A stretch of 64,000 bases of DNA. It comes from Mustelus asterias. Taxonomy: Eukaryota. Below are positions 63,330-64,000 of this stretch, piece after piece. The number at the start of each line of letters is the position of its first letter. The first letter of the stretch is position 1. The notes below the pieces were generated by a model. That model was given only the letters and a program-made list of their open reading frames with translations, made no database searches and was not told the DNA's origin. The stretch is taken from the NCBI RefSeq assembly GCF_964213995.1, contig NW_027590388.1, positions 1 to 64,000 of the forward strand. The letters are read 5' to 3'. The position numbers and the translations under genes are program-made.

Positions 63330-64000
63330 GAGGAAAGATAGAACAGGAGGAAAGAAAGGAGGGGGAGTTGCACTTTTGATTCAGGAAAACATCACGGCAG
63401 TACTGAGAGGGGATATATCCGAGGGTTCGCCTACTGAGTCAAAAGGGTTGAACTGAGAAAGAAGGGGGAAATCACTTTGATATGGTTGTACTATAGGCCC
63501 CCAAATAGTCGGTGGGAAATTGAGGAGCAAATATGTAAGGAGATTACAGATAGTTCCAAGAAAAATTGGGTGGTAATAGTCGGGGATTTTAACTTTCCCA
63601 ACATTGACTGGGACAGCCATAGTATTAGAGGCTTGGATGGAGAGAAATTTGTTGAGTGTATTCAGGAGGAATTTCTCATTCAGTATGTGGATGGCCCGAC
63701 TAGAGAGGGGCAAAAGTTCACCTCCTCTTGGGAAATAAGGAAGGGCAGGTGATAGAAGTGTGAGTGAGGGATCACTTTGGGACCAGTGACCATAATTCCA
63801 TTAGTTTTAAGATACCTATGGAAAATGATTGGTCAGGTCCAAAAGTTAAAATTCTAAATTAGGGAAAGGCCAATGTTGATGGTATCAGGCAGGAACTTTC
63901 GACAGTTAACTGGGGGAGTCTGTGGGAAGGCAAAGGGACGTCTGGTAAGTGGGAGGCTTTCAAAAGTGTTTTAACCAGGGTTCAGGGTAAGCACATTGCT
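63330..64000 (+). mobile_element. CR1 ORF2 endonuclease fragment
   Basis: YYRPPNS, VIVGDFNFPNIDW, QYVDGPTREG, SDHN. Confidence 0.9.

Overview
This is eukaryotic DNA, most likely from a cartilaginous fish (shark). The evidence is HE1/V-SINEs, CR1 LINEs, DeuSINE-like and Penelope-like repeats, and a shark-type TCR V segment. The window holds 11 copies (labelled A-K) of a KRAB-less C2H2 zinc-finger gene family with one finger-coding exon. B, E, I, J and K are intact, D is truncated but open, and A, C, F, G and H are damaged. The copies sit in intron-containing duplicated units, several head-to-head around a shared CpG-rich bidirectional promoter. Interleaved with them are one apparently intact TCR alpha/delta-type V segment (promoter, leader, V exon, 23-RSS; 55629-56269) and an orphan 23-RSS that keeps the last 10 nt of a destroyed V and is fused to the 3' flank of ZNF J (53755-53803). 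The ZNF genes start at an ATG occupying the Gly position of a TGEKP linker, behind fossil fingers and a shared in-frame stop. A frame-conserved spliced upstream ORF precedes this start, and a C-terminal helix-like tail is coding in some copies and behind a stop in others. Other items: 28-bp CRE arrays, two solo LTRs with TSDs confirmed by empty paralogous sites, Penelope hammerhead ribozymes, and a tRNA-Val pseudogene next to a Tx1-like 5' end. All calls come from reading the sequence; no searches were run, and repeat boundaries are approximate.
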